Below, piece by piece: positions 35,830-45,646 of a DNA stretch of 64,000 nucleotides. Each line of letters begins with the position of its first letter. Position 1 is the first letter of the stretch. The notes below the pieces were generated by a model. It saw only the letters and a program-made list of their open reading frames with translations, was not told the origin of the DNA and did no database searches. This DNA comes from Eubacteriales bacterium (GTDB taxonomy: Bacteria; Bacillota; Clostridia; Oscillospirales; CAG-272), in NCBI GenBank assembly GCA_045660125.1, contig JAZRDG010000062.1, positions 18,273 to 82,272 on the forward strand, given 5' to 3'. The position numbers and the translations under genes are program-made.

Positions 35830-38058
35830 ATGCAAAATTCGGTTCACACAGACATTACCCGATTGCTTGATATACTCAGAGCAACCGGAAAGAAATACGA
35901 CGTAGAAAAGATTACGCGTGCATTTGAATATGCGGACAATCTGCACGAGGGGCAGTATCGCGTCAGTGGAGAAAAGTATATTTCTCACCCTGTCGCAGTT
36001 GCTGAGATCGTTGCGGGATTGGAGCTTGATACCGATTCTATCTGTGCTGCTTTGCTGCACGATACGGTAGAGGACTGCGCGGACAGAACCAATCTCAAGG
36101 AAATAGAAAAGCTCTTTGGCAAGGACGTCGCCGTGCTGGTTGACGGTCTTACCAAAATTGTTGCGCTGCAGGTAGAGGACAAGGAAGAGGCACATATCGA
36201 AAACCTTCGTAAAATGCTGCTTGCCATGTCCAAGGACGTTCGCGTTATCTTTATTAAGTTGTGCGACAGACTGCATAACATGAGAACGCTGGAGGTAAAG
36301 CCCGACCATAAGCGCAGAATCACTGCGCTTGAAACCATGCAGGTGTATGCTCCGCTTGCGCATCGTCTTGGTATGCAAAAGATCAAGCAAGAGCTTGAAA
36401 ATCTCGGTGTTCGCTATCTTGACCCGATCGGCTATGAGGAGGTTCGCAGCGGCATTGAACAGAAGTACGGTCAGAGCCTGAATTTTATTGAGGGCATCAG
36501 ACAAATCGTAGGTTCAAAGCTGGAGGAGAATCATATTTCCTATACGCTTGAGGGCCGTATCAAAACTGTTTACAGTATCTATAAGAAGATGTTCTCGCAG
36601 GGCAAGAGCTTTGACCAGATCTATGACTTTTACGCTATGCGTATTATCGTGGATACAGAGCTTGAATGCTATACCGTATTGGGTATCATTCACGAGATGT
36701 TTAACTCCATTCCCGGCAGATTCAAGGATTATATTTCCACGCCTAAGCCCAATATGTACCGTTCGCTGCATACCACCGTCATCGGACGCTCCGGTATTCC
36801 TTTTGAGGTGCAGATCCGTACCTGGGAGATGCACCATATTGCAGAATACGGTATCGCTGCACACTGGAAGTATAAGTCCGGTGCTACCTCCAAGGAGGAT
36901 ATGGACAAGAAGCTGGAGTGGATCGCCCGTTTGATTGAAACCGAGGACGACGCACGCGACCCCGACGAGTTCATGCATGCACTCAAGACCGATATTTTCC
37001 ACGATGAGGTCTTTGTGTTCACGCCTAAGGGCGACGTAATCGCATTGCCTCAGGGCGCTACCGCTATTGACTTTGCATATGCAATTCACTCTGCGGTAGG
37101 CAACAAGATGATCGGCGCTAAGATCAACGGCAATATCGTACCGATCGACCGCGTGCTTGAAAACGGCGAGATCGTCGAGGTATTGACCACCTCTTCGGGC
37201 AAGGGCCCCAGCAAGGATTGGCTTTCTATTGTTAAAACAGGTGAAGCGAAGGCTAAGATCCGCCAGTGGTTCAAGCGTGAAAAGCGCGACGAAAACATCG
37301 TTGAAGGTAAGGCGCAATGTGAAGCAGAGATCAAAAAGACGCTTTCCAAGGTGCCTGAGAACCTGCGTAACGATATTTGCGCTGCAATTGCGCAGCGTAT
37401 TGGCTTTGCAAGTGTGGACGATCTGTATAACGAGATCGGCTACGGCGGTTTGGCTATTTCCAAGATCGCAAATAAGATCAAGGACGAAGCTGCAAAATAC
37501 GTGACTACTGAGCCCGAGCCCGCACCCGAGATTACCGAAACGGATATGGTTTCCTCGCCTGCAAAGGTCAGAAACGTTCGCTCCAACAGCGGAATTATCG
37601 TGGATGGCGAGACCGGATGCCAGGTCAAGTTTGCAAAGTGCTGCAATCCCTTACCGGGTGACCGCGTTATCGGATTTATTACCAAGGGTTACGGTATTTC
37701 GATCCATAAGTATGACTGTCCTAACGTTACAAGCATCATTGATCACAGTGAGTATGCCGACCGTTGGGTACAGGCTGAATGGGAGAAAGGACCTTCCGAT
37801 AGCGGTAGCGTTGGCGTTTACGAAGCCTTTATCCAGTTGCACACCGAGGACAGAATCGGTATGCTTGCGGATATCGCAACCGCGCTTGCTGATATGCGTG
37901 TTGCTATTTTGTCTGTTAACTCTCAAAAGAGAAGCAATGGCATGGGCATCATCAATCTTAAGGTCAGCTGTAAAAATACCGACCATTATCAGTCCATTAT
38001 GTCCAGACTTAAGTCGCTTGCAGGCGTAGTGGACGTTGTCAGAGGATATTCATCATGA
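35830..38058 (+). CDS. relA: Bifunctional (p)ppGpp synthetase/hydrolase (Rel/RSH)
   Basis: It has the full RSH domain order: an HD domain (HPVAVAEI, LHDTVED), a synthetase domain (YRSLHTTV), TGS and ACT. Confidence 0.95.
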   Translation: MQNSVHTDITRLLDILRATGKKYDVEKITRAFEYADNLHEGQYRVSGEKYISHPVAVAEIVAGLELDTDSICAALLHDTVEDCADRTNLKEIEKLFGKDVAVLVDGLTKIVALQVEDKEEAHIENLRKMLLAMSKDVRVIFIKLCDRLHNMRTLEVKPDHKRRITALETMQVYAPLAHRLGMQKIKQELENLGVRYLDPIGYEEVRSGIEQKYGQSLNFIEGIRQIVGSKLEENHISYTLEGRIKTVYSIYKKMFSQGKSFDQIYDFYAMRIIVDTELECYTVLGIIHEMFNSIPGRFKDYISTPKPNMYRSLHTTVIGRSGIPFEVQIRTWEMHHIAEYGIAAHWKYKSGATSKEDMDKKLEWIARLIETEDDARDPDEFMHALKTDIFHDEVFVFTPKGDVIALPQGATAIDFAYAIHSAVGNKMIGAKINGNIVPIDRVLENGEIVEVLTTSSGKGPSKDWLSIVKTGEAKAKIRQWFKREKRDENIVEGKAQCEAEIKKTLSKVPENLRNDICAAIAQRIGFASVDDLYNEIGYGGLAISKIANKIKDEAAKYVTTEPEPAPEITETDMVSSPAKVRNVRSNSGIIVDGETGCQVKFAKCCNPLPGDRVIGFITKGYGISIHKYDCPNVTSIIDHSEYADRWVQAEWEKGPSDSGSVGVYEAFIQLHTEDRIGMLADIATALADMRVAILSVNSQKRSNGMGIINLKVSCKNTDHYQSIMSRLKSLAGVVDVVRGYSS

Positions 38059-38516
38059 AAGCAGTATTACAAAGAGTAAAATATGCAAAAGTAGAGGTTG
38101 ACGGCGAGATTGTCGGTGAATGCAACCAGGGTCTTATGATCCTTCTGGGTGTTGCCAAGGAGGATACGGAAGAGGATGCAAAACTGCTTGCCGAAAAGAT
38201 CGTTAAGCACAGAATTTTTCGCGATGAAAACGGCAAAATGAATCTCTCTGTCAAGGATATTGACGGGGAATTGCTGGTCGTGTCGCAATTTACGCTGCTG
38301 GCAGAGTACAGACACGGCAACAGACCGGATTTCTTTGCATCCGCAGCACCTGATGAGGCAAACAGACTGTATGAGTATTTCATTACGCTTGTGCAGCAGC
38401 ACGTAAAGCACGTCGGACACGGTATCTTCGGTGCTGATATGGATGTGACCTTGACCAACTGGGGTCCTGTCACGATTGTGATGGATAGCCAAGTCCTGAA
38501 GAATAAAGGAAAGTAA
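38055..38516 (+). CDS. dtd: D-aminoacyl-tRNA deacylase
   Basis: It carries the MKAVLQRV, SQFTL and NWGPVT motifs. It overlaps the relA stop by 4 nt. Confidence 0.93.
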   Translation: MKAVLQRVKYAKVEVDGEIVGECNQGLMILLGVAKEDTEEDAKLLAEKIVKHRIFRDENGKMNLSVKDIDGELLVVSQFTLLAEYRHGNRPDFFASAAPDEANRLYEYFITLVQQHVKHVGHGIFGADMDVTLTNWGPVTIVMDSQVLKNKGK

Positions 38517-38520
38517 TCAT

Positions 38521-40017
38521 ATGAAACTGAACATTCAAGGACAAGTAAACGTATACTACGTACAAACGTTATGCATGATTTTCTATCCCGGTGAAAAGTT
38601 TTCCGAGGATCAGGAGGTCACTCCCGACACTCCCGTGCTTGATTTGTGCGTAAAAGAAAGCCAGGAAGGCTATACTGTCGATGCGACGTTGACGCAAGGC
38701 AACAAGAGCGCGAGCACGCAAAAAAATTATGCTTGGCGCGATGATATTGATAAGGACAGGCTGCTCAAGCTTGCCTTGGGCGATGCATTGCTTGTTGTTT
38801 GCGGAGAGGTTTGCGGCTACCGCCCCTCTTGGGGCATGCTGACCGGTGTGCGTCCCTCTAAGGTTGCGACCGATCTGCTCAAAAAGGGCGTTAGCAAAAC
38901 GCGTGTCAAAAAGATCTTGGCGAGTGAATATTTCGTTATCCCCAAAAAAGCTGCGCTTGCAACAGACGTTGCATTGAACGAGGCAAGACTTATCGCAACG
39001 CCCGGCAAAAAGGATTGCAGCATCTACGTTTCCATTCCGTTCTGCCCGACAAGATGTGCGTATTGCTCATTCGTGTCGTATACGTCCAAGCGTTTGCTTT
39101 CGCTGATTCCTGATTATCTGGCTAAGCTTTGCGACGAGATCAAGGACGTGTTTGCATGCGTGAACCGTTTGGGGCTGAACGTCAAGACCGTATATATCGG
39201 CGGCGGCACTCCCACAATTCTTGAGGCTGATCAGCTGCGCATGCTGCTTTCGGTGATTGCAGAATCGACAGACGTGACAAAGCTTGAGGAATACACGCTG
39301 GAATCGGGTAGACCCGATACCATTACTGCGGAAAAATTTGCAGTTGCCAAGCAGTATGGCGTGACGCGTGTCAGCGTCAATCCGCAGATCCTTTGCGATG
39401 AGGTATTGCAGGGCATTGGCAGAGGTCATAGCAGTGATGAATTTTATCGCGCTTTCGAGATTGCAAGAGAAGCAGGTTTTAAGGTGATCAACACCGACCT
39501 GATTGCGGGCTTACCCGGTGATAAATTCTCGACTTTTGCCGCTTCATTTGACCGCATTCTTGCGCTCAGGCCCGAGAATATTACGGTGCATACCTTCTGC
39601 GTCAAGAAATCAGCTGAAATACTGCAAAAGGATTCCAAGGTATACGACATTCGCGGCGGAGATACGGGAAAGTGCGTAGATTACTCTCAAATCAAGGCAA
39701 TGCACGAGGGATATAAGCCCTATTATATGTACAGACAGAAAAACACCGTGGGCAACTTTGAAAACGTTGGTCTTGCCACGGAAGGGAACGAGGGACTTTA
39801 TAACATCTATATGATGGAAGAGGTGCACTCTATATTCGCTGCAGGTGCGGGAGCTGTTACCAAGGCTGTCGATTATATGCCTGCCGACGGTTCCAAGCCC
39901 TTTATCCAAAGATTCTTCAATGATAAATATCCTTATGAATACTTAAGAAATGAGAACGGAAAGCAAAAGCTTGAGGAGATCGAAAGATTCTACCAAGAAA
40001 GACGCTTACTTGACTAA
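38521..40017 (+). CDS. hemZ: Radical-SAM coproporphyrinogen-dehydrogenase-like protein (HemZ type)
   Basis: It has a CxxxCxxC cluster (FCPTRCAYCSF) in a HemN-like core. Its position after relA-dtd is typical of Clostridia. Confidence 0.8.
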   Translation: MKLNIQGQVNVYYVQTLCMIFYPGEKFSEDQEVTPDTPVLDLCVKESQEGYTVDATLTQGNKSASTQKNYAWRDDIDKDRLLKLALGDALLVVCGEVCGYRPSWGMLTGVRPSKVATDLLKKGVSKTRVKKILASEYFVIPKKAALATDVALNEARLIATPGKKDCSIYVSIPFCPTRCAYCSFVSYTSKRLLSLIPDYLAKLCDEIKDVFACVNRLGLNVKTVYIGGGTPTILEADQLRMLLSVIAESTDVTKLEEYTLESGRPDTITAEKFAVAKQYGVTRVSVNPQILCDEVLQGIGRGHSSDEFYRAFEIAREAGFKVINTDLIAGLPGDKFSTFAASFDRILALRPENITVHTFCVKKSAEILQKDSKVYDIRGGDTGKCVDYSQIKAMHEGYKPYYMYRQKNTVGNFENVGLATEGNEGLYNIYMMEEVHSIFAAGAGAVTKAVDYMPADGSKPFIQRFFNDKYPYEYLRNENGKQKLEEIERFYQERRLLD

Positions 40018-40042
40018 TACTTAATATCAAAAGGAGTATTTC

Positions 40043-40948
40043 ATGCACGTAACCCAAAATTATTATACCGACGAGCAGGCTAAGGCTTTTGTTAAGCAAT
40101 GTGACGCTGCCTTTGATCAACGAATTGCGCAAGCAGTGACGCTGATCATGGAACGAAATCACAGGTTTCTTTGCTTGGCAGGCCCCAGCTGCGCCGGTAA
40201 GACTACCACTGCCGAAAAGATCACGCAAAAGCTTGGCGAGCGCGGAATACGCACGCACGTCATCTCTATTGACGATTTCTTTTACGATATGGACTACCTG
40301 CTTGCATTGGCGCAAGACAGGGGCGGCGAGCTGGATATGGATTCGGTTGCATCCTTGGATCTTGCATGCTTTGCGCAGTGTCTGTCCGAGATTGTTAACG
40401 TCGGCAAAACCAATCTTCCCATCTTTGATTTTCACACGCATCAGAGAGGCGGATACAGAGAATTTACTTGCGCAAAAGATGATATTGTCATCTTTGAGGG
40501 CATTCAGGCTGTTTATCCCGAATTGACGTCTCTGATCGCTCCTTACGGAATGACCAGTATATTCGTTTGCCCTGAAACTGCAATTCAGGTTGGCGACCAA
40601 GTCTTTGAGCCGAATATCTTCAGATTTTACAGAAGAATCGTCAGGGATGCTCAATTCCGTTCTGCAGATGCGCAAAGAACGCTTGAGGTTTGGCGCGGTG
40701 TGCGAAACAATGAGGACGCCAATATTTTCCCTTACAAGGATGCGTGTGATATGACCGTGGATTCTACCATGGCTTACGATCTGCACTTGCTGGTGCCGTA
40801 TTTGCGCGAGCTGCTGCAGCACGTCAGTGAGCAGAGCAGATATTATTTGCGCGCACTTGATATTCTGAACCGTATTGCAAAGATTGAACCTATTTCCGTT
40901 CAGTATCTGCAAAAGGATTCCTTGTATCACGAATTTATTCAGTTCTGA
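40043..40948 (+). CDS. Uridine kinase-family nucleoside kinase
   Basis: It has a P-loop (GPSCAGKTTTAEKI) followed by ISIDDFF and IVIFEGI blocks of the Udk/PRK family. AAGGAG lies 7 nt upstream. Confidence 0.72.
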   Translation: MHVTQNYYTDEQAKAFVKQCDAAFDQRIAQAVTLIMERNHRFLCLAGPSCAGKTTTAEKITQKLGERGIRTHVISIDDFFYDMDYLLALAQDRGGELDMDSVASLDLACFAQCLSEIVNVGKTNLPIFDFHTHQRGGYREFTCAKDDIVIFEGIQAVYPELTSLIAPYGMTSIFVCPETAIQVGDQVFEPNIFRFYRRIVRDAQFRSADAQRTLEVWRGVRNNEDANIFPYKDACDMTVDSTMAYDLHLLVPYLRELLQHVSEQSRYYLRALDILNRIAKIEPISVQYLQKDSLYHEFIQF

Positions 40949-40982
40949 TCTTCAGACCACTCTCATAAAAATGGTATGAGAG

Positions 40983-42545
40983 GTGGTGATCAATACGAAA
41001 ACGAAAACTCATTCGTCATTTGCTGCAGGGGCTGCTTTGCTTGCAATTTCAGCACTTGTAGTTAAGCTGATCGGCGTTTGTTATAAGATTCCGCTTGTGC
41101 ATTTGCTTGGTGCACAGGGCATGGGCTATTTCAATGCTGCATATGACGTTTATGCGTTGCTATGCGTGATATCTACGACGGGGCTACCAGTTGCCGTATC
41201 CGTGGTGGGTAATCGCTATCCCGGTGCGCAAAGACGCGCATACCTGCTGTCTCTTGCAATATTCGCGTTTCTTGGCACACTGGGGGCTGCATTAGTATTC
41301 ATTTACGCTGATCGCATCGCCGTATGGGTAGGTGCGCCGGAGGCAGCGCAAAGCTTGCGCTTTATCGCGCCGGCAGTTTTGTTCATTTGTTTATCGGGGG
41401 CGTTCCGCGGCTATTACCAAGCAAAGCGCAATATGACACCGACTGCGGTTTCTCAAGTGATTGAAGCCGCCGGTAAGCTTCTGTTTGGGCTATTGTTTGC
41501 GCATATAGCCATACGCTTTAAAAAAGGAATGCCAACCGCTGCTGCATTTGCGGTTCTCGGACTTAGCGTTGGCACGTTTCTTTGCTTGATCTATCTTTTC
41601 CTGTGTGATAAGCGCGAAAGCGATTTGTCGCAGCACAACGAGCTTTCAAGCAAGCTGCTGTTCAAGGAAATGATGATCGTTGCATTTCCCGTGACGCTGG
41701 GAGCAGTGCTTACGGGACTTTCCAAGATGATTGATCTGTCTTTGATCATGCGCAGACTACAGGATAGCGGCATGGAGCAGGGCACAGCGGTCGCCATGTA
41801 CGGCTGCTATACCTCTATGGTCGTGCCGCTGTTTAACGTAATTCCTGCGTTATTTACGTCTCTTGCAATGCCGCTTGTGCCGCATCTCGGTCATGCGATT
41901 GCAAGCAAAGACCAAGCAAGTCAAAAATACATCCTGAATACGGCATTCCGCTGGGGAATCGCGATCAGTGTGCCTGCGTCACTCGGTATGGCTATGATGA
42001 GCAGACAGATATTGGAACTGCTGTTTGAAAAGTCACCTGAAGTACAAGCAGCTGTGCCGCTTTTGGTTATGATCAGCATAGCGATACCCGCAAGCTGCAT
42101 GATCACCGCCGCAAGCGCAGTGCTGCAAGCATACGAGCGCGCATGGTTACCTATGATTTCGACCGCGATCGGATGCCTTGTCAAGGCGGCAAGTTTGTAT
42201 ATACTGTGCGCAATACCCGAATGTGGGATTCTTGCAGCGCCGATCAGTACGCTGCTTTGCTGCACGGTCACGGTTGTTTTTGATTTGAATTTTATCGCTC
42301 GGGTCGCACCCGGATTTGCATTTGCAAAGCATTTCATGCTTGCGCTTGTTGCGTCTGCGTCAGCCGTAGGTGTTGCGGCGATTCTGCAAAGAATATTGCC
42401 TGTATTCACTGTGTCTGCAATCAACGTTTGCGTTGTCATGATAACGGCTGTATTCGTATATTTACCGATAGCATATCTGTGCGGACTTGTTCGCATTTCG
42501 GATTTTAAATCAATTATTTCAAATAAAGAAAAGGATACCCAATAA
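40983..42545 (+). CDS. MOP-superfamily flippase (YabM/SpoVB/MurJ-like polysaccharide biosynthesis protein)
   Basis: The 520-aa protein has about 14 TM helices. Its N-terminus (VVKLIGVCYKIPLVHLLGAQGMGYF) is typical of this family. It occupies the yabM position before mazG. The GTG start is uncertain because the SD overlaps it. Confidence 0.78.
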   Translation: MVINTKTKTHSSFAAGAALLAISALVVKLIGVCYKIPLVHLLGAQGMGYFNAAYDVYALLCVISTTGLPVAVSVVGNRYPGAQRRAYLLSLAIFAFLGTLGAALVFIYADRIAVWVGAPEAAQSLRFIAPAVLFICLSGAFRGYYQAKRNMTPTAVSQVIEAAGKLLFGLLFAHIAIRFKKGMPTAAAFAVLGLSVGTFLCLIYLFLCDKRESDLSQHNELSSKLLFKEMMIVAFPVTLGAVLTGLSKMIDLSLIMRRLQDSGMEQGTAVAMYGCYTSMVVPLFNVIPALFTSLAMPLVPHLGHAIASKDQASQKYILNTAFRWGIAISVPASLGMAMMSRQILELLFEKSPEVQAAVPLLVMISIAIPASCMITAASAVLQAYERAWLPMISTAIGCLVKAASLYILCAIPECGILAAPISTLLCCTVTVVFDLNFIARVAPGFAFAKHFMLALVASASAVGVAAILQRILPVFTVSAINVCVVMITAVFVYLPIAYLCGLVRISDFKSIISNKEKDTQ

Positions 42546-42546
42546 A

Positions 42547-43353
42547 ATGGACGTTCAAAACAAAATTTCCGAGCTGCTTTCCAAGGAAAGATATAACTTT
42601 GATGATCTGGTCGATGTCGTAGTCGTGCTGCGAAGCGAGCAGGGCTGCCCTTGGGACAGAGAACAGGATCATAAGAGTATTCGAAATGATTTTATTGAAG
42701 AAACCTACGAAGTCATTGAGGCGATCGATACCGAAGATCCCGTGCTTTTGCGTGAGGAGCTGGGCGACGTGCTTTTGCAGGTCGTTTTCCACGCACGCAT
42801 TGAGGAGCAAGAGGGAAGATTCAATATTAATGACGTAGCCAATGATATTTGCGCAAAGCTCATTCACCGCCACCCCCACGTCTTTGGTGACGTTTACGCA
42901 AAGGATTCCGAGCAGGTTCTGCAAAACTGGGATGCCATCAAGAGTGAGGAAAAGCAGCGCGTAACGGTTACGGATAAGCTGCGCGCCATTCCGCCCATGT
43001 ATCCCGCATTGCTCAGAGCACAAAAGGTAGGCAAAAAGGCATCCTGCTTTGATTTTGCCAACGCCGAAGAGGCACGTGATAAGGTGCTTGAAGAGATTGC
43101 AGAGGTTATGGCTGTGACAAATGATCCCGTGGAGGCAGAAAAGGAGATCGGAGACCTTCTGCTTGCCGTAACCAGCCTTGCACGCATGCTGCACGTCAAT
43201 GCCGAGGAAGCGCTGTTCCATGCGACAAATCGCTTTATTGACCGTTTCGAGGCAATCGAGACTGCAGTGGATGCACGTGGCTTGGATATTGCAACCGTTG
43301 ATCGCGATGAACTTGAGCGTATCTGGGATGAGAACAAGAAAAAATCCAATTGA
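42547..43353 (+). CDS. mazG: Nucleoside triphosphate pyrophosphohydrolase MazG (tandem MazG domains)
   Basis: It has the motifs CPWDREQ and EETYEVIEAI..ELGDVLLQVVFH. I moved the start to ATG 42547, just after the upstream stop. Confidence 0.9.
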   Translation: MDVQNKISELLSKERYNFDDLVDVVVVLRSEQGCPWDREQDHKSIRNDFIEETYEVIEAIDTEDPVLLREELGDVLLQVVFHARIEEQEGRFNINDVANDICAKLIHRHPHVFGDVYAKDSEQVLQNWDAIKSEEKQRVTVTDKLRAIPPMYPALLRAQKVGKKASCFDFANAEEARDKVLEEIAEVMAVTNDPVEAEKEIGDLLLAVTSLARMLHVNAEEALFHATNRFIDRFEAIETAVDARGLDIATVDRDELERIWDENKKKSN

Positions 43354-43393
43354 TCAGCGCTTGAAAAAATCTGCATAAATTTGCTTAAATCCC

Positions 43394-43422
43394 TTGAAAT
43401 ATATACGAATTTGTGATATAAT
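43394..43422 (+). promoter_or_regulatory. Promoter of hup
   Basis: The sequence reads TTGAAA-17 nt-TATAAT. Confidence 0.6.
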
Positions 43423-43458
43423 ATTATTGTAAATCTAATCCAAGAAAGGAATATAAAA

Positions 43459-43731
43459 ATGAACAAGACTCAACTTATTCAAAAGATTGCCGAGAACGGC
43501 AACATGACCAAGAAGGACGCAGAAGTAGCTCTGAACGCAGTTGTTGCAGCTATTACCGATGCAGTAGCAGCAGGTGAGAAGGTACAGGTTTCCGGCTTCG
43601 GTAGCTTTGACGTAAAGGCTCGCGACGCAAGAACCGGCAGAAACCCCAAGACCGGCGAGTCGGTTGAAATCGCAGCTTCCAAGAGAGTTGTTTTCGCTGC
43701 AGCGCAGGCACTCAAGGACAAGATCAACTAA
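43459..43731 (+). CDS. hup: DNA-binding protein HU
   Basis: The 90-aa protein matches HU/IHF along its length (MNKTQLI, GFGSF, RNPKTGE). It has a strong promoter and highly biased codons. Confidence 0.95.
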   Translation: MNKTQLIQKIAENGNMTKKDAEVALNAVVAAITDAVAAGEKVQVSGFGSFDVKARDARTGRNPKTGESVEIAASKRVVFAAAQALKDKIN

Positions 43732-43734
43732 TCC

Positions 43735-43977
43735 ATGCGACTTGATAAATTCCTGAAAGTTTCCAGAATCATCAAAAGGCGAACCGTGGCAAACGAGGCT
43801 TGTGATGCTGCGCATATCTGCGTAAACGGCAGACAAGCAAAGGCTTCTTACGACGTTAAGGTTGGCGATGTGATCGAGGTGACGTTTGGTCAGCGTACTC
43901 TTAAGGTGCGCGTGCTCGACGTTCGTGAATATACCGCCAAGGCTGATGCCGCTTCGCTTTACGAAGTGATATCATAA
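43735..43977 (+). CDS. S4-domain RNA-binding protein (YabO type)
   Basis: MRLDKFLKVSRIIKRR is an S4 motif. The gene sits in the conserved position between hup and yabP. Confidence 0.85.
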   Translation: MRLDKFLKVSRIIKRRTVANEACDAAHICVNGRQAKASYDVKVGDVIEVTFGQRTLKVRVLDVREYTAKADAASLYEVIS

Positions 43978-43987
43978 TTTTCGGAAA

Positions 43988-44039
43988 TCCGCATATATTG
44001 TACCGGTGGTGTCAAATACTGCCGGTACGGTAATGCGGA
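43988..44039 (+). promoter_or_regulatory. Nested inverted repeat overlapping the yabP ribosome-binding site
   Basis: The outer arms are TCCGCAT (43988-43994) and ATGCGGA (44033-44039). The inner arms are GTACCGG (44000-44006) and CCGGTAC (44022-44028). The outer 3' arm runs into the GGAGG at 44037-44041. Confidence 0.4.
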
Positions 44040-44046
44040 GGTAAAT

Positions 44047-44319
44047 ATGGATTCTGTAAAGGAAAAGCATTCGGTCACGTTAAGGGATCGAAAGGATATG
44101 CGCATTGACGGTGTGAGCGAGGTTGTCAGCTTTGACGAGCATTATATCCTGCTTAAAACGCAATGCGGTGATATGGCAATTGAGGGAAACGATCTTAAAA
44201 TTGCAGTTTTAGAGATTGACGCCGGGATCGTGGTGCTGTCGGGTACCGTTTCCGGTGTTTACTATTCGGACCCGCAAAACAAAGAAAAGCGCAGCTTTGT
44301 CAAAAAGCTGTTTTCATAA
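44047..44319 (+). CDS. yabP: Sporulation protein YabP
   Basis: The 90-aa protein has the YabP pattern (HSVTLRDRKDMRIDGV, ILLKT, GNDLKI). GGAGG lies 5 nt upstream. Confidence 0.88.
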   Translation: MDSVKEKHSVTLRDRKDMRIDGVSEVVSFDEHYILLKTQCGDMAIEGNDLKIAVLEIDAGIVVLSGTVSGVYYSDPQNKEKRSFVKKLFS

Positions 44320-44323
44320 GCGC

Positions 44324-44803
44324 ATGGAGCTTTCGCAAACCGCGCTTGCTATGCTGCTGCTCGGGGGAATCCCCGCAGGAGTGGTACTGAATTTTGCTTA
44401 CGCGCTGACGGATATCGGCGCAATGGCTGAGGGCTTTGTAAAAAAGCTGATACGTAACGTAAAGGATTTTATATTTTTATTGATTGCGGGGCTTGTGTCG
44501 GTATTGACGGTGTACTACGTCAACGACGGTGAGTTTCGGTATCTTGTGATCGTTGGCATGCTGTGCGGCTTTGCTTTGTCGCATCTCATGCTTGCAAAAT
44601 CGATTGTAAAAATCAGAAACGCAATTGCGCGCATAGCGGTCGTTCCGCTTGCTTGGGTCTGGAGAATCACGTTTGGCAGACTTTGCGCAAGGGCAAGAAG
44701 TGCTGCGCTTGAGAGATCAACGCACGCAAAAGCGGAACAATTATTGATGCTTGCATCAAACGGATTTGAAAATGAACGGAGGCAAAAGCATGGATCAGGA
44801 TAA
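44324..44803 (+). CDS. yabQ: Spore cortex biosynthesis membrane protein YabQ
   Basis: I moved the start to ATG 44324, 4 nt after the yabP stop. It has TM helices and a GEFRYLVIVGMLCG segment characteristic of YabQ. Confidence 0.7.
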   Translation: MELSQTALAMLLLGGIPAGVVLNFAYALTDIGAMAEGFVKKLIRNVKDFIFLLIAGLVSVLTVYYVNDGEFRYLVIVGMLCGFALSHLMLAKSIVKIRNAIARIAVVPLAWVWRITFGRLCARARSAALERSTHAKAEQLLMLASNGFENERRQKHGSG

Positions 44804-45110
44804 TCAAAAGCAGGGAACCGTATCGGAGAGCACCAAGTCTAATCTCAAGGTGCTGTTTCGTTGCGGCATGATCGCAATCGTGGTGGTTTCCCTGTGCACT
44901 TTTGTGTCCGGTGTTATGATATATAATGCCAACAGGGAAAAGATCAAGGAGCTTGAACAGCAGATCGAAGACAAGCAGGAGCAGGTAGACGAGCTGCAAT
45001 TCTTGTTGGACTCGCCCTTTGACTTTGACTACATCGTGCGTATCGCACGCGAAAAGCTTAGGCTGCATTTCCCGGACGAAACGATTTTCCACAAGGACTC
45101 TAACGAGTAA
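44790..45110 (+). CDS. divIC: Septum formation initiator (DivIC/FtsB family)
   Basis: I moved the start to ATG 44790, 7 nt after GGAGG. It has one TM helix followed by a coiled coil (KIKELEQQIEDKQEQVDELQ). Confidence 0.8.
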   Translation: MDQDNQKQGTVSESTKSNLKVLFRCGMIAIVVVSLCTFVSGVMIYNANREKIKELEQQIEDKQEQVDELQFLLDSPFDFDYIVRIAREKLRLHFPDETIFHKDSNE

Positions 45111-45121
45111 CGGTATAGACT

Positions 45122-45598
45122 ATGGCAGAGAAAAAAACAGGAAACAAGATCATCGCACAAAATAAAAAGGCATGGCACGAATATTTTGTGGATGAAAAGT
45201 ATGAAGCAGGTATCGCCCTGTACGGCACAGAGGTAAAAAGCATTCGCGGCGGCGCGGTGAATCTCAAGGATTCTTACTGCGACATCAAGGATGGTGAGAT
45301 CTTTGTCAAGGGTATGCACATCAGCCCCTACGAACAGGGCAACATCTTTAACCGTGACCCGATGCGTGACAAAAAGCTGCTCATGCACAAGCGAGAGATC
45401 ATGAAGCTGCACGGGCTTGTGTCGCAAAAGGGCTTTACGCTGATCCCGCTGTCGCTGTATTTCAGCGGCTCTCACGTAAAGGTTGAGATCGGACTTTGCC
45501 GCGGTAAAAAGCTGTATGACAAGCGTGATGACGCCGCCAAGCGCGACGCAGACCGCGTAATCGAGCGCAGCATGAGAGATCGCAGCAAAGCGGAATAA
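45122..45598 (+). CDS. smpB: SsrA-binding protein
   Basis: It shows full-length SmpB similarity ([32 protein letters not shown]). Confidence 0.95.
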   Translation: MAEKKTGNKIIAQNKKAWHEYFVDEKYEAGIALYGTEVKSIRGGAVNLKDSYCDIKDGEIFVKGMHISPYEQGNIFNRDPMRDKKLLMHKREIMKLHGLVSQKGFTLIPLSLYFSGSHVKVEIGLCRGKKLYDKRDDAAKRDADRVIERSMRDRSKAE

Positions 45599-45607
45599 TT
45601 GCATAAT

Positions 45608-45640
45608 AAAAAGCCGATGCTTTGATGCATCGGCTTTTTT
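45608..45640. terminator. Bidirectional terminator between smpB and GH78-1
   Basis: The hairpin AAAAAGCCGATGC-tttgat-GCATCGGCTTTTTT is flanked by A and T runs. Confidence 0.8.
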
Positions 45641-45646
45641 GTTTTA

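Noticed and set aside
43985-44020. I considered a sigma-E-like sporulation promoter (ATA-17 nt-CAAATACT) upstream of yabP.
   Set aside because: It matches the Bacillus sigma-E consensus as I recall it (ATA...CATACA-T) only loosely. I cannot support it without a position weight matrix or expression data. I kept only the inverted repeat as an observation.
45599-45646. I expected to find ssrA (tmRNA) directly downstream of smpB.
   Set aside because: Only a 48-nt gap containing a bidirectional terminator separates smpB from the convergent GH78 gene.
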